From Chrysomallon squamiferum (taxonomy: Eukaryota > Animalia > Mollusca): DNA of 64,000 bases. The position numbers were made by a program, and so were the translations under genes. The notes beneath the pieces were generated by a model. It ran no database searches. It saw nothing but the letters and a program-made list of their open reading frames with translations, and was not told the DNA's origin. Shown here one piece after another: positions 1 through 14,836 of this stretch (its first letter is position 1; each line of letters opens with the position of its first letter). Location: the NCBI GenBank assembly GCA_012295275.1, contig CM022679.1, positions 23,436,001-23,500,000 of the forward strand. Reading direction: 5' to 3'.

Positions 1-826
1 TACTCTTACCAGCTTCCGTTGTATGACGATTTAAAGCACGCATGTCGTGCAAAAATCCTCTCTGATTTCAGCGTAACAGAGACCAAGATGATATATTTAT
101 TGTTCGAAAAGATCATTAATTTCGATTTGACTATATAAAAATCATGAAGTATAAATTATCCCAACTGGGGAGCATTATCTAGAACGGGAAATCGTTACCG
201 GATCAACACTGGAGAAAGCTTTCTGCGGTTATTATTTTTTTTTTGTGGGGGGGTGAGGGTAATCCTTTGTGTGGCACTAAGTAGAATGGGAAATATTCTA
301 GAAGGGTACTGAGACGGAAAGATCCAGCTCGTACGTAATCTTCGATCGACAAACCACTCCCTTGAAAGTGAAAGAAACTCATAATCAATATTACGTTGTT
401 TAGTCAGTTCATTTACGTCAACTACAGTTTTAACTCTGCCGTCAGCCCAAAATACAGCGAGTGTCAGTCATTTCTGTCCAGGGAAGCCGTACATGTGTAA
501 TTCAACACTTCCTTGTTTACAAGCGAAGAAATAAAGAGCAAATAAATGAAGCCATTTGACTGACGTCACAGAACCTGTCACGGTTCCTGCCACAGATTGT
601 CATGTTTATGAGCTGTAACATTAACACGTGTGTCAGGTAGACGGGGAAACTGAGATATAAATAAAGCTGAGTGACAGAATGAACAAACGAAAAGATTTAT
701 GGATGAATGAATGAATGAATGAATATGCATTGTGAGTAGATATTGAGGGAAATGTATATGGGTGTGTGTGTTTGTATTTGATAGAGAGTTTTTGTGTGTG
801 AATGCATGTCTGAGATAGAGGGAGAA

Positions 827-875
<49 letters not shown>

Positions 876-1908
876 TTGTAACGCACAAAGACAGACAGTA
901 ACACTGTGTGAATATCATCTTTCTGACTGTCTACCAGTCTCTCTGTCTGTTTCGAGCACATTATTGCTCCAAAGCTAAACGCTTTCTAATACGACTGTTA
1001 ATCAATGAATATAAGCGAATTAGTATCCTAAATACAACTGGATACGTGATGTTCTAACGGTGCAGTGTTATAATTATATCCAGAAAATACAATTTACACC
1101 GCAGAATCCTACAGACCGGAACAAGATGTCGGAAACTGTTTCCGTTAGCATCTGATGTCAGATGTAAAAAAAAAAAGTAAAATATCGATCCCGTCATATG
1201 ATAAATAGAATCAGATTAAAGTTATCACACAGAATTGAATCTGACGTTGTTCAGTAATGGAAGAAAGAGAGAACTGTAAATCTGTATGTGAGAAAAGGCA
1301 CGGAGAAAAGTTATATATAGAAAAAAGAAAAGAAAAAAGAAAGAGATAAAAATGAAAGATTAAAAAGAAAGAAAGAAAAGACAGATGAATTAAAACCAGC
1401 GAAAGAAAGATGGGAAAAATAAACAAAGGACTGGATGTGAAATGACAAGGTAAACGAAAAGAAAGAAAGAGAAGTGCAAAAGAGAGAAATATAACTAAAT
1501 ATAGAAAGAAGGACAAGACATAAAGAAAGACGCATGGAAGAAATGAATGAAACAGGTTTGTTATTAGAGATCCAAGACGAGATATAAACAGCCAAGAATG
1601 AAATAACGATACGAAAGAACGAAATCAGACTGAAAGAATAAAACAAATGTGTGATACCAAAAAAAAAAAAAACAGCCAGGTTTTTGACGAGAGAAAAACA
1701 GGACTTGATGAAAACAGACTGGGAGGAAGGCTGTGACGGACAATCATTTATAGTTTTTCTTCTTGACAGTCTTCAAGTCGTTTCTCATTATACTCGGTGA
1801 CTGATTCATAGCCCACAACGCGATCACGTGACACAAAGCCGTGTATTTCGTGACGTACAGGCAAAACCAACCCATAAAATCAAATGTTAGCGTTAATTTA
1901 TCAGTGAC

Positions 1909-1963
<55 letters not shown>

Positions 1964-2018
1964 TCGTTTTATTTTATTTATTATTTTTAAAATTTATTTA
2001 TTCTTAATTTATCTTTTC

Positions 2019-2049
<31 letters not shown>

Positions 2050-2489
2050 TATTTATATATTTGTTTCCTTCTTTGTTAGTTTGATTATTTACACACGTAT
2101 TTGTATTTATTCAACATTTTGTTCTTGTTTTTTTTTTTAAATATTAATGATGCGACATTTTTGTGTGTGTGTTGTTGTTGTTTGTTTAAATATTTGTGTA
2201 TGTATATAATTTGTTGTTTGTTGTTTGTTGGTTTATATGTATTACTCGAAAACAAAGATGTTATTAATCAAAATATATACGTGCGTTAATTTTGTTTACG
2301 TTACTCCTGTGCAATACAGTATATACTACGATAAAAATAATATCAGATATAAATAACTGAGGTACAAACATGTACATTCTCACGTACGAACAGGGTCAGT
2401 AAGAAGAGCAAGAAGCAGAGATAGACACACACACACACACAAACACACACTACACATACATACACAAACATACATATACACAGATATTC

Positions 2490-2562
<73 letters not shown>

Positions 2563-2755
2563 TTACACAAGTAATTTAATTACATAGCACGCTTTGTTTA
2601 ACGACCAGACAATTTGACACAATTACAGTAATGTTACCGTTAAGAGAAATTGATTACCGTTAGAATAGATTTCCGTTATTTATGAACTTCATAATAGATG
2701 TTAAATTAAATAAAAGATTTTTGTTGGTGCTTTTTTAGTGGTGTTTTCTTCTTTC

Positions 2756-2787
<32 letters not shown>

Positions 2788-4794
2788 CATGATGGGTTTT
2801 CATTTTTTTATTACTTTACTTGTGTATGCATGTAAGTATGTATGTAAATATGTATGTATGTATGCATATATGTGTGTATGTATGTATGTATGTATGTATG
2901 TATATATCTATGTACATATGCATGTGTTTCAACTTCTGTTTAGGTTTGGAAAGTCATATATCGACTGCTAGAAGTTTTTAATCATTTATTAATTTATTTT
3001 TTAATAAGTTTATTTATATTTTTATTTCCTTTCCTCAAAATTAAGTATCGCATTTAAACCACCCCATTTGTTATTTCGAACGTCATTTTAGCGTTAAATT
3101 TAGGTATTTTTCGACATCGCGAACTCTTAGTAAATCTTTAATTAGTCTTAACCAGTTCTATGACATAAAGGTAATGACGTCAAATATTACTGGAAAAACA
3201 AAAACAGAAATCTTATTTTCATTCAGAACAAATACGTATATGCATGCACGTAGTACGTATGTATACATATACATGTATATATATATAATTAGATATATAT
3301 ATATATATATATACACCCAAATTCGCACGCATACACACGTAAATGAGGTTGTTATTTTGTTGGGTTTTTTTGGTGGTTGTTGTTGTTGTTGATGTTGTTG
3401 TTTTCCCTCTTAAACACCAACCCTTCCCCAACAAACCGACGTCAGCTGTGACCCTAAAACGGTATCTGGAAATAAACCGAGCGACTGTTTCAAGTAAACA
3501 GACACGGCATTGTTTGTGAGCTGGATGGGCGAGTCCGGGTCGACCACGGAAACAGAGTTCACGGGGCTTGATTTTTTTTTTTTTTCTCTCTCTCTCTCTC
3601 TCTGCTGTCGTCATGGCGCAAATCCACAGAATAAACGTCGAAAGGTCACGAACGCACGTCCCGTCTCAATGGATGCGGTGCTCGAAAAATGCGGGAGGAA
3701 ACAGCGCACAGATTATTAACGTGCCGCGGTTATCGACAGTTGGGACACGAGATGTGGAGGCCGATCGTCTGCGTCTGAGGAGCGGAGGAGCTAGGTGGGC
3801 GGGGGGGGTGAGCTGTGTTTTGTGAAGGGGTTTTGAGCAGGATTTGTGTTGATTGATGGATTAAAAAATAAGGAAAATGAAAACGATTTTTTTTTTTTTT
3901 TTTTTTGATGGTAATAAATCTGTTTAGGCATGCTTAATAAATACTTACATACATACACGCGCGTGTGCATGTCTGTATAGTTACATAAAAACGTAAATAT
4001 ATGCAAACTTACGTACCTAAATATATAGAGAGAGAAGAAAAGAGAGATAGACAAACCACGGGAAACAATTTTAAGTTTAAATTTACTCTTTCAAATATAT
4101 AATTTAAATACATAAACGAAATTAAACATAAATAAATAAATAAATAAATAAAATATAAATAAATAAAAATATAAATAAATAATATGATAAATAAATAAAT
4201 AAACAAAAACATTAAAAAAAAAAAAATAAGAAAAGAAAAAGAAGAAGACATTTCTGTTGCGCCTGTTAGTAATTTAACCTTTACAATCTCAGTTTTGTTA
4301 AATGTTTCTTCATTCGTTAAGTCCGGAAACCAACATTTAAGCATGTTGAGAGATAAACATCAACTAGCAGCAGATGTCGAAGACTGGAGCATTTATAAAC
4401 ATTTAGCAGAAAATACAAAAACACGACGTCGTGACCTGCTTTGAGAATAATATAAGCAACTGCAGATGTTTTTACGGCATCGTCGATATTTTTATGTGTA
4501 ACTTTATCTTCTGACAACGAAACATTTTAAAAAAAAAATGTTAGTGTTTTATATGTGCAGAATACACTAATACTGAATAACGTGATGAATAAATTACAGT
4601 TTGCTGAGTGTGGATGAGAAATGTGGGAAACTTTTTTAGTGGCACTCCGCTCTGACAAACACATTAATTTCCAACCAGAAATGTTTTCACGCTTGTTTAT
4701 ATCTTGTGTATCTAAATGAGCTCTGTCTTTAACTCTGGTGATATATCTCTGATATTTTAAACACTTCTTTTTTTTCTCTGTTCTTTTTCACAAA

Positions 4795-4796
<2 letters not shown>

Positions 4797-4883
<87 letters not shown>

Positions 4884-5018
4884 TACACACACACACACAC
4901 ACACACATACACACACATACACCTCTATGTCTCTCGTCTCTGTCTATTTCTTTCTGTCTTTCTCTCTCTGTCTCCCTATGTCTTTCCCTCTGTCTGTCTC
5001 TTTCTTTGTCTGTCTATT

Positions 5019-5103
<85 letters not shown>

Positions 5104-5230
5104 CTCTCTGTCTCTTTCTTTGTCTCTCTCTCTCTCTTTTTCTCTCTCTCTCTCTTTTTCTCTCTCTCTCTCTTTTCTCTCTCTGTCTGTCTCTTTCTCC
5201 TTCTCTCTCTGTCTCTCTCTGTCTTTCTCT
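4797..5230. repeat. Compound (CT)n/(CA)n microsatellite
   Basis: Long pure CT tracts, a CA tract and degenerate CT-rich flanks. Confidence 0.95.
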
Positions 5231-5731
5231 GTCATACTGCATATGTGCACACACATACACACAAAAATATCTGTCTCGGATGTATATCTCATCAGTCTCT
5301 ATTGTGCTGTACATTCCATTTCGCTTACTTTCTGGTGAGTCGCTCCTAACTTTATTCAGGCCCACTTAAATACGCATATTTAACTCAGGAAGACACACAG
5401 ACAGACAGACATTTGCAGTTAAGGTCCTTGGAGAAACTCGAGAAGATGAAATTGTCACAGATATATTGTCTGTCGTGTGTTAAAATATCGATGCTGTGTT
5501 TTTGTTAAAAGCTTTTCCGAATCGTCATTCCAGTTCGCAACTGGCAAATTGATTTAACAGGAAGTAACGAGGAGCTAGGATCCAGGACGCTTCCAGACGA
5601 AAAATAAATCTAACTCAATTTTTTTTTTTTTTTTTTTTAGTTTTATTTATTTTTTTTTTATTTTTTTTTTTTTTTTTGTGTATATATATATATATCCTTT
5701 TCTTCATTACTTTATTTTTGTTTCTTATTTA

Positions 5732-5781
<50 letters not shown>

Positions 5782-5794
5782 ATTTATTTATTTA

Positions 5795-5829
<35 letters not shown>

Positions 5830-5942
5830 TTATTATATTAAATATATATTTTTATATTATATATATATTTTTTTTTTATGACCTTTTTATGCTTGAATTT
5901 ATTTGGTGTTTGTTTTCTTTTTGTTCTGTTTTTTTGTGGTTG

Positions 5943-5974
<32 letters not shown>

Positions 5975-6018
5975 ATATTGTGGTTTTGAATTTGTTTGCT
6001 TACTCCTTTGTTTTTATT

Positions 6019-6054
<36 letters not shown>

Positions 6055-6412
6055 TGAACGTATGGCTTTCTGCAGACCTGTGTTGCATTGCATGTTGATC
6101 TGCTGTTTTCCGTGAAAAAAAAAAAATCATTTTAAAATTATATTTATTTTCTCATCATGATTACCCTTTTTATTAAAAACACAGTTACAGAAGCAAACAA
6201 CAATGAAAAATAAAAAGGAACCTGTTATTTGTGTTCGAAGGTAGGCGTAACGGAAATATTATCGTTTCCCGGAAGCTCTAATTGTTTGCACATGCGTATT
6301 ACGACATGCTGGATAGCGTGTGGAATGTTAATAAAAGTGATGTTCAAGTTTATCTTTAACAAAGAAAATAACATGCAGCTTTAATGGATTTTACAGACAT
6401 TGTCTTCTAGTC

Positions 6413-6445
<33 letters not shown>

Positions 6446-7989
6446 GTTTGTTTTTATATATATATATATATATATATATAAACAAATATATAAAAAAATC
6501 AAACAAATATATATATATAGGGTGTTTTTTTTTGTAATCCTGTTTAGGATGTATGGTAAATCATTTTGGTAGCTCTCCCCACGGAGATAGTTGCCGACTG
6601 TGATGGTCCTGTTGAGTACGATTATGATGATGATGATGATGTCGTCGATGGATGTATAATATTGGTTTTAATAATGTTGTCGATGACGATAGCTGTATTA
6701 GTGGTTACAGTTTTTAGAATGATTACGACAGTATATTCTGGGATGTTGCTGTTGATGATGCTTTTACTGGAGTAGCAACAGTGGTGATTGTGATGATGGT
6801 CATGGTTGTGTTGATGTTACAAAGATTATTAAAATAATAATGCCGGAGATGCCTATGGTTTTGATGATGATGTAGTGATCATTGTCATAGTTACAACGAT
6901 GGTGGTGACGACGGAGATGCTGCTTGTCGCGGTGTTCTTAATAGTGAAAGTATCTTGGATGACGTGGTAGTGTTTATGACTGCATATTATCAACTGATTT
7001 AATCCAACTGCTTTTGGGTATTTTCTTTGGTTCAGAAACCATTAAGGTCGCTCTGTACCTCATTCTGACATTTGTTATTTCTACTTAGAATAGAAATAAA
7101 ATAATTCGTCTACTAAATATCATTAAATCCTCTTTTCTGGCTACTGTATTCCTCCTCGTTATCACAGCTGATGCTGCTGTCATTGTCGCTGTTGTTGCTA
7201 CGTACATTTTACACAGTATTAATTTACTGTTGTCGAAGATAACGGGCGTTCAGCCAGAATGATCAACAAACGAAAAATAATCTCAGAAATACCATAATGA
7301 TTAGAAAAATCTATAAGTACAAAACAATTTGCACAGAACTGTAGACTCCCTGACATTTTCTGTTTTTCAATCGATGTAGTTGCTAATTCCTCACGCGACG
7401 AACATTTGCAGTAATATTCCCAAAGCGTACGTTAATATGAAAAATGAGAATTTTCAATAGATGTATTTGAAGCAATTGAAAATGTTATTTTAACACTAGT
7501 ACTTCAGTACTACCAGGAATTTTTTGTTAGATATATTTGAAAAGAAAAAAAAACAACAGACGACAGAATGATATTTTAATAGCAGTAAAGAGAGGTTTTG
7601 GATAGAGGAACATACAATAGATTATTTGAGAAAAATTCATGTTAAATAAAGAGAGTTATCTTAGCATATTAATGACTAATGATGTAGTTGAACGATATGC
7701 AAAAGATGCTTTCGATAATGACACAGTGCAACATATAATTTCTGAAACATACGTAAGGAAGTTATTTTCTTAATTTTAGAGACGTTATACTTTTTTTACT
7801 TTCATTTATTATTTGTTTCTTGTTGTTCGTATTATTAACAGTTCTAATGTTTTTGTAGTAGTAGTAGTAGTAGTAGTAATGGTAGAAATAGTATTATTAT
7901 TGTTATTATTCATGTTATTGTTGCCGTCGTCGTTTCTGTAATTATTGTGATTATTATTATATTTTGAGATGTTGCAGAAATTGTTCGTA

Positions 7990-8075
<86 letters not shown>

Positions 8076-8813
8076 CATATGTAGGTAGGTAGGCAGGAGA
8101 TATTTTCGTAAGTTTTGATGTAATTAACTATATCCGTTTAAATATATATGGCAATATATAATAAATCGGACTTTAATCTTTTATCAAGTGTAAAAATCAA
8201 TAGGTTATCGATTTGAACCTAAACACCCTTTTTTCCCAGTTACACGCACTCAAAATAAACACATACCAAAAACAACAGTCCTCCCAAAAATAATCTTTTT
8301 AATTACGTACGATAACAGACTGCACGCTAAACAAATAAAAAGAAAAAAAAAAAAACAAGCATAAATCAAGAAAAATTTGTTTCGATCATTCAAGACTCTT
8401 GCACTTAAACTAAGTATCGATAATCACAGACATTTAACGATTTTTGATGAAAGACAAATAAATCCGGGACTGGTTGAATTGGAACCGAGTTGTCGATCGA
8501 AGTGCGGACCGGATGTAGCCGAGACTTTTATTTTTTTATTTTTAGAATTTTTTATTTTTTTATTTTTTTGGAATAACGATTTCGGGAGACAATACTGGCT
8601 ACGTTGCTAAACGCGACAAATCTCGCGCAAGGCTTACTTACGGATCCGTAGACAGACCAATAATCATGCCAGCCGGCGAGTTGAGGAAATATTAATTTAT
8701 CGATGTTTGTTCTGCGAACTATAAACGTCAAGAAATAACATCTGCACGGTAGGGAAGAGCTTGGACGGGGTTAATCATTGTTTTGTGTGTTTGTTTAGTA
8801 GTCGTAGTAATTC

Positions 8814-8875
<62 letters not shown>

Positions 8876-9262
8876 CTAACAGTATAAATAATATATTACA
8901 AAAATCAAGACTGATAATACAATATGTAATGAAAGCAGTTGTAATAGATTTGGTAATAGTAGTAGCAGTATTAGTAAAATAGTAGTGATAGTAGTAATTG
9001 TAGTTGTAGTATCAGCCACAGCAGTAACGATATTAATTGTTGTAGTAATATTAAAAGTAACAGTAGTAGTAGCTGTAGTAATCATAATAGAAGTAACAAT
9101 AGTAATGGTAGTAAACGTAATAGTGATAGTACTGATAGTGGTAGTAAAGTAGTAGTAGTTGTAGTAGATGTCGTTGTAGTTTTTGTTGTTTTGTAAAAAT
9201 AGTAGCAGAGGTAATAGTAATAGTAATAATAGCAGTAGCAGTGTTTGTAGATGTAATAATAA

Positions 9263-9435
9263 CAGTGGCATGGCGTGGGCGGGGAAACAGGGTTAGGTTC
9301 CCCGGGTGCAATATTCTTAAGTTCATTACTGGACTAGTGCAGTGCAAGGGGCTCGGAGATGACTAATCTCCACGGGTTACGGGGCGCAATAAACTTGCCT
9401 TGGCCCGGGCGCTGACAACAAACGCTACGCCTCTG
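9263..9435. mobile_element. Short hAT-like MITE inserted in an AAT/AGT microsatellite
   Basis: GC-rich 173-bp insert. TIRs CAGTGGCATGGCGT / reverse complement CAGAGGCGTAGCGT match 11/14. The 8-bp flanks AATAATAA / AATAACAA are consistent with a TSD. Confidence 0.7.
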
Positions 9436-9844
9436 AATAACAACAGCGACATCAGTAATATTGCTGCATTAGTTTTAGTACAGTTAGATCATGGTAGATG
9501 AGGTAAATGTACGTAATAATAATATGTAGTGATATTTGTACTAAAGCAAAACTAAAGCTGGTGCGAAACCGCCGTTCGCTGTAAACAACCGGCACCATTC
9601 TACAGCGTATTAACAGCGTGCTAACAAATGATATTTTCTAATAAACTGTACCACACTGCGTCTATTAGCACGGAATGGGCGATCAGATTAATAATAATAA
9701 TAACCGTGTAACGTGAAACTTGTGTTTACGTGTTTTTGTTTGGCGCTAAGCGAATAAACTTTAGTAACCTGTGTCAGACCAGTGGCGGTGCCATCAGCTG
9801 GTTTGGGGAGGGTGGGCGTAGCTTTTGTCGTATGCACACAAGCC

Positions 9845-10072
9845 TGATGATGAAGACCATGATGTTGCTGCTGCTGATGATGATGATGATGATGACGGTG
9901 ACGATGTCGATGATGATGATGAAGACGATGATGTTACTGATGACGATGATGTCGATGATGACGACGATGTTGATGATAATGTTGATGATAGTCGTGGTGG
10001 TGGTGGTAGTGGTGGTGATGATGATGATGATGATAGTGGTGGTGGTAGTGGTGATGATGATGATGATGATGG
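9845..10072. repeat. Degenerate (GAT)n/(GGT)n trinucleotide repeat
   Basis: Visible repeat that gives poly-M/D/H ORFs in several frames. Confidence 0.9.
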
Positions 10073-10716
10073 TAATCTTTACGGAACAGCCTGTTAAAAA
10101 TTTTTTTTTTTTTTTTTATAATTATTATACATGAATTCAGAAGCTTAGTTAAACAAATATTAATATTCATTCTACAGTTGTTGTTTTTTTTGTCTAAGTA
10201 ATTCAGCGTTAATCCCGCCGTGCTGTGTCTACTTCAGTACAGTCACAGAGCACGCTGACCTGTCTGTCTGTCTGTCTGTCTGTCTGATCCCATTCTAACT
10301 CCCACAATTATAATCACAATCAGTCTTCATAAAATGTCACTTGAACAGTTTTTATCATGAGTCTATCTATTCATCAGACTATTTAATTATCTATTATATG
10401 TACACACACACACACACACACATACATATATGTATGTATTTAGCTAACTATGTGTGTTCTATCTATATATATATATGTGTGTGTGTGTATTTTTATGTCT
10501 GTCTGCCTCCGTGTGTTTATCTGTCTGTCTGTCTGTACCTCTGACTTACTGTCTGTCTGTTTATAACATGAATATAACACCCAGACTAAATATTAATCAG
10601 AAGCATCCATTCACTGTAATAATCAAATTCTTATAGTCATAATTACGAGCTACATTAAAAATAACTGGCAGTGCGTCTGATATGTAAATCCGTCTGTCTG
10701 TCCTAACGTTAATAAC

Positions 10717-10756
<40 letters not shown>

Positions 10757-11263
10757 ATCTATCACATTTCATTCTCGCTCTCTCTCTCTCTCTCTCATAG
10801 GTCATAATCTAAGATATTCTCAATCGTAATCACCATAACCCTTATGAATACTGTCTGTCTGTCTGTCTCTCTCTGTCCGTCAGACGATTAGTAATGTGTT
10901 TTAGCCCCCATGTTGACGATCGAACTCGCCATAAGGTATTGAATACGACGACTGCTTAAAGGAGGCGAAACATCCTCATAAACAAGTTTAAATGTGTTTT
11001 GTTAACGGCCGTGGACACGACATTAATTTTAATTGCAAATGTAATGTGTTTCGTCTGTGCAGACACGTTTGCTGAAGGGAAATTGGACTTTGACATAATC
11101 AATGAAAAGAAGGTTTAAAATTACAGTCTCGACACGAGATGATGTATATGTGTGCAGTGCGTACGTCTCAGATTACACAAATAGTAGATTACGCTTTTTT
11201 ATGAAACTGTGTGTCTGCGTTTGTGTTCTTTTTCTCCGTCGTCTTCGTCTTCTTCTTTTTTTT

Positions 11264-11267
<4 letters not shown>

Positions 11268-11313
<46 letters not shown>

Positions 11314-11345
11314 CATTATTATTATTATTATCATCATCATTATTA

Positions 11346-11376
<31 letters not shown>

Positions 11377-11384
11377 TATTATCA

Positions 11385-11415
<31 letters not shown>

Positions 11416-11422
11416 TATTATT

Positions 11423-11453
<31 letters not shown>

Positions 11454-11552
11454 ATCATCATTATCATCGACGTCGTAGTCATAATTATCATCATCATTGG
11501 TAGTAGTAGTTATTATTATAATTATTTATCATTATCATTATCATCATCATCA
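11268..11552. repeat. (ATT/ATC)n trinucleotide microsatellite
   Basis: About 280 bp of ATT interrupted by ATC. Confidence 0.95.
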
Positions 11553-13594
11553 CTGAGGTATTAAAGTGTTTTCGTCCTCCTGTTTTATTTTGTCTCTTTT
11601 TTTCTTCTTTTTTTTCATCTTCGCTAAACTTTGTTTCCTTCTCAGTCTTTCTGTATGTAAATCATTCTCATACGTTCATTTCCTAAATAAAACAAAAATT
11701 AAAAAAACAAAAAAAACAACGCAGAACCAAAATCAGGTAACAGCAAATTTCCATGACTAAAAATAAATAACAGGCAAAATACTACACCTTCGTCTCAAAC
11801 AGCTTGTTTTTCGGAGTTGTTGTTTGCAGTTTTGTTTTTCAGCGGTGATGACTGTCATTGTTAATCTAGCTAAGAAACAGCTAAGAATTTAAGATAATTA
11901 ATACAGTGATTGATTCTCAGATTTCCTCGTTAAGATAAAGTCTGTGTGATTATGAAGCTGATATGTGTTGTACGATTGTGTATTATATGATACGATACCA
12001 GTGAGTTGAAATAAATTAATACATGTAAAAAAAATACTAACACAGAGTAAGATCATGTATGCATGTGCCTCATAATTATGTATGTGTATGTATGTGTATG
12101 TTTGTTTGTATGTGTATGTATATTCATGTGTATGTATGTATGTATAATGTAGCTGTGTGTATGTAGGTGCATGTGTGTGTGTATGCTCGTATGTATGTAT
12201 ATATATCGCACATATATTTATATATATATATGTTGTTCATGTACGTATGTACATATGTGTATATGCATGTAGATATGCATTTGAAAACATGTAGCTAAAT
12301 AGATAAAAAGATATGAACGCATACATAAAACTTTATATTTATAATCTATGACTACGGTGATACTGAGTGACATCTTCATTAAAGCATTTTTATTAAGGCT
12401 TGCTTTAATATTCCTTGTTTGAAATATAATTTGCCGGTGAGAGAGAAAAACGTAAACATAATTACGTCGTTGCTGGTAGGTGACATTTGCAGTGAAAATA
12501 CGTCAAGTCTCGCATTGTAAGCTCATGTCTCGAGAGTTGGTATTTCGTGACAAGAGGAAACTCAAGACGCGGTGACACTGAAAACCTGTCAATTGCCGCA
12601 AAGAAGACAATTTATCGTAAAATCTTTTTTGTTCTTGTTAACGATGAGGTATTCTTTTTGGTACGTAAAAGTCTGCCGAATGTATGGTTATTATATGAAT
12701 ATATGAGTGGGTGTGCGCGCGCATGTGTGTGTGAATGTGTGGGGTATAATGAATTTACGATATAGTCTCGATTTATTTGTCCGTCAAAATACAAAAATCA
12801 CCGTCTGTCCCTCGTCGAAATTTTTCATTTCTCTACAGAAACTAGTATTTTTTTTTTATGTCGTCGGAAGAATTTGCTAAATGTTTACTTTTATTTATTT
12901 TATTTATTAATTTTTTTTCTTATCCCATGTTTGTTTTTGTTTTTGTTTTGTTTTTGTTTATTCATCTGTCAATAATAAAGATTTCTACGTTTCTGCATTT
13001 GTTTTAATTTTTTTTTTTTTACTCTATTCTTCAAATACACTTTTATTAATATTTTTTTTTTTTTTAGTTTTTTTATAATCTCACGTTTACGCTTCACCTT
13101 TCTGGAACTATTAATCTTGATATCCTGTCTGCGAGATAATCATATTTAGAATAATACGTACCATATGACATTTTCCTGTAATTAGGTTAACTAAGAAGGT
13201 CTAACTGGAACACGGACAAGAGCCGGAGTTATAATAATGCCCAGGAGATGGAAAGGGGGCGTGACCAATCAGCCAGAAATAATTATGCCGTTTCCCTGGA
13301 GACATGAAATAATTGACTTGCGCGTAGATCTTTAAAGATAAATGTTCCTGGCTGGATTTCGGCGATGCTGGTAATGGTTTCGCCTCGTTTCGGCCTGTAA
13401 TAACGCAACAACGGACGATAGGGAGATCTTAAAGGATCTGGGAATCTCCCCAATGTCAACCGATCGTCACGCATGACGTGTCGTGCAATGTACGACCGGG
13501 GAATTTAAATACTGCTGTTTGTGTATGTATTATGTATTATGTATGTATGTATGTGTATATAAATAAATAAATACATAAATACATAAATAAATAA

Positions 13595-13661
<67 letters not shown>

Positions 13662-13944
13662 GTGTATGTATTTATTATGTTTTATATATATATGTGTGTG
13701 TGTGTGTATGTGTTTCAAGTGTTATGTTCATATAGTCATTAATTATTTCAACATTATTCAAAAACAATTATATATATAGAAACACACATAGAAACACACA
13801 TAGAAACACACACACACACACACACACTATATCACTTTTAACGACTTGAACCCAGGAGCTGTGTGACAGATCAAGTTGTCTACATTTACCATGTTACAGC
13901 TCATGCTTCCTGCGTCGTTATTTGATTATCGGACCACACGAGTC

Positions 13945-14131
13945 CGACGATGTGTTTAGATTCGGCTAACTTCGTTTTTCACCGACCTCGCGACGATGTG
14001 TTTAGATTCGGCTAACTTCGTTTTTCACCGGCCTACGATGTGTTTAGATTCGGCTAACTTCGTTTTTCACCGGCCTCGCGACGATGTGTTTAGATTCGGC
14101 TAACTTCGTTTTCCCCGGCCTCGCGACGATG
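13945..14131 (+). repeat. Minisatellite, 4 copies of a ~46-bp unit
   Basis: Unit CGACGATGTGTTTAGATTCGGCTAACTTCGTTTTTCACCGGCCTCG starts at 13945, 13991, ~14033 and 14079. Copies are head-to-tail with no spacers. Confidence 0.95.
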
Positions 14132-14799
14132 ATACCGACGACATACAATAATATCGATTATCCCGGTATCGATTATTTCACTAACCTAGCCCTCACAATT
14201 GGCTGGACCACGGCTGATCACTATCTGGGGAGTGATTATGACCACGTAATGGACGATTACGTAGAAATAATATGTTATACGCGGCGCATTTTCAATCCTT
14301 GTCGGTGCTTTTGGCCAGATCGATCAACCCGCGCTTATAAACCATTAATCTGAAGCCGCTTCGACGCCCTGCCTAAACCTTTTTACCCGTTACCCTGTTA
14401 CTGCAAAGGTCACTAGGTCAGGGAGAAAGATAGAAGTAGTGATGGAAAGAATAGACAGGACGAAAGAAAGAGAAAATGAAGCAGTCTTTAATTTATGTCA
14501 TAATACATTTTTTTAATTTTTTTATTATTATTATGATTTGAAATAAAAGGTGATTATCTTCATGTTTTCTTTTTAATTTTATTGCTTTTTTTATTATTAT
14601 TTTATTTTATTTTATAATGATTAACTAAGAGAAAAATCTCTCTGATATGTTTAAAGGGCTATTTTTATCAGTTAGCAGAAAAGCATCTTATTAATGCACT
14701 TTCTCGTAAACGGGATCATGTACATCAGCTTTTTACAATCTGTTAATGAACGCTGGTTGGAACAGAAAACATTTTAAAATAAATACACACACTCACGCG

Positions 14800-14836
<37 letters not shown>

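Noticed and set aside
9780-9846. Second CAGTGGCG-starting GC-rich insert
   Set aside because: No matching right TIR or TSD was found, so it is too degenerate to call.
9825-10097. Asp/Gly-rich ORF resembling an acidic shell-matrix protein (aspein-like)
   Set aside because: It is a (GAT)n/(GGT)n microsatellite open in several frames, with no signal peptide or convincing splice sites.
11102-11564. Poly-I/N/Y/L ORFs (and similar SLSL, ERER, THTH, YLFI ORFs throughout)
   Set aside because: These are translations of simple repeats that lack stop codons in some frames.
13945-14131. CRISPR-like array
   Set aside because: Units are head-to-tail with no unique spacers, there are no cas genes, and the context is eukaryotic.
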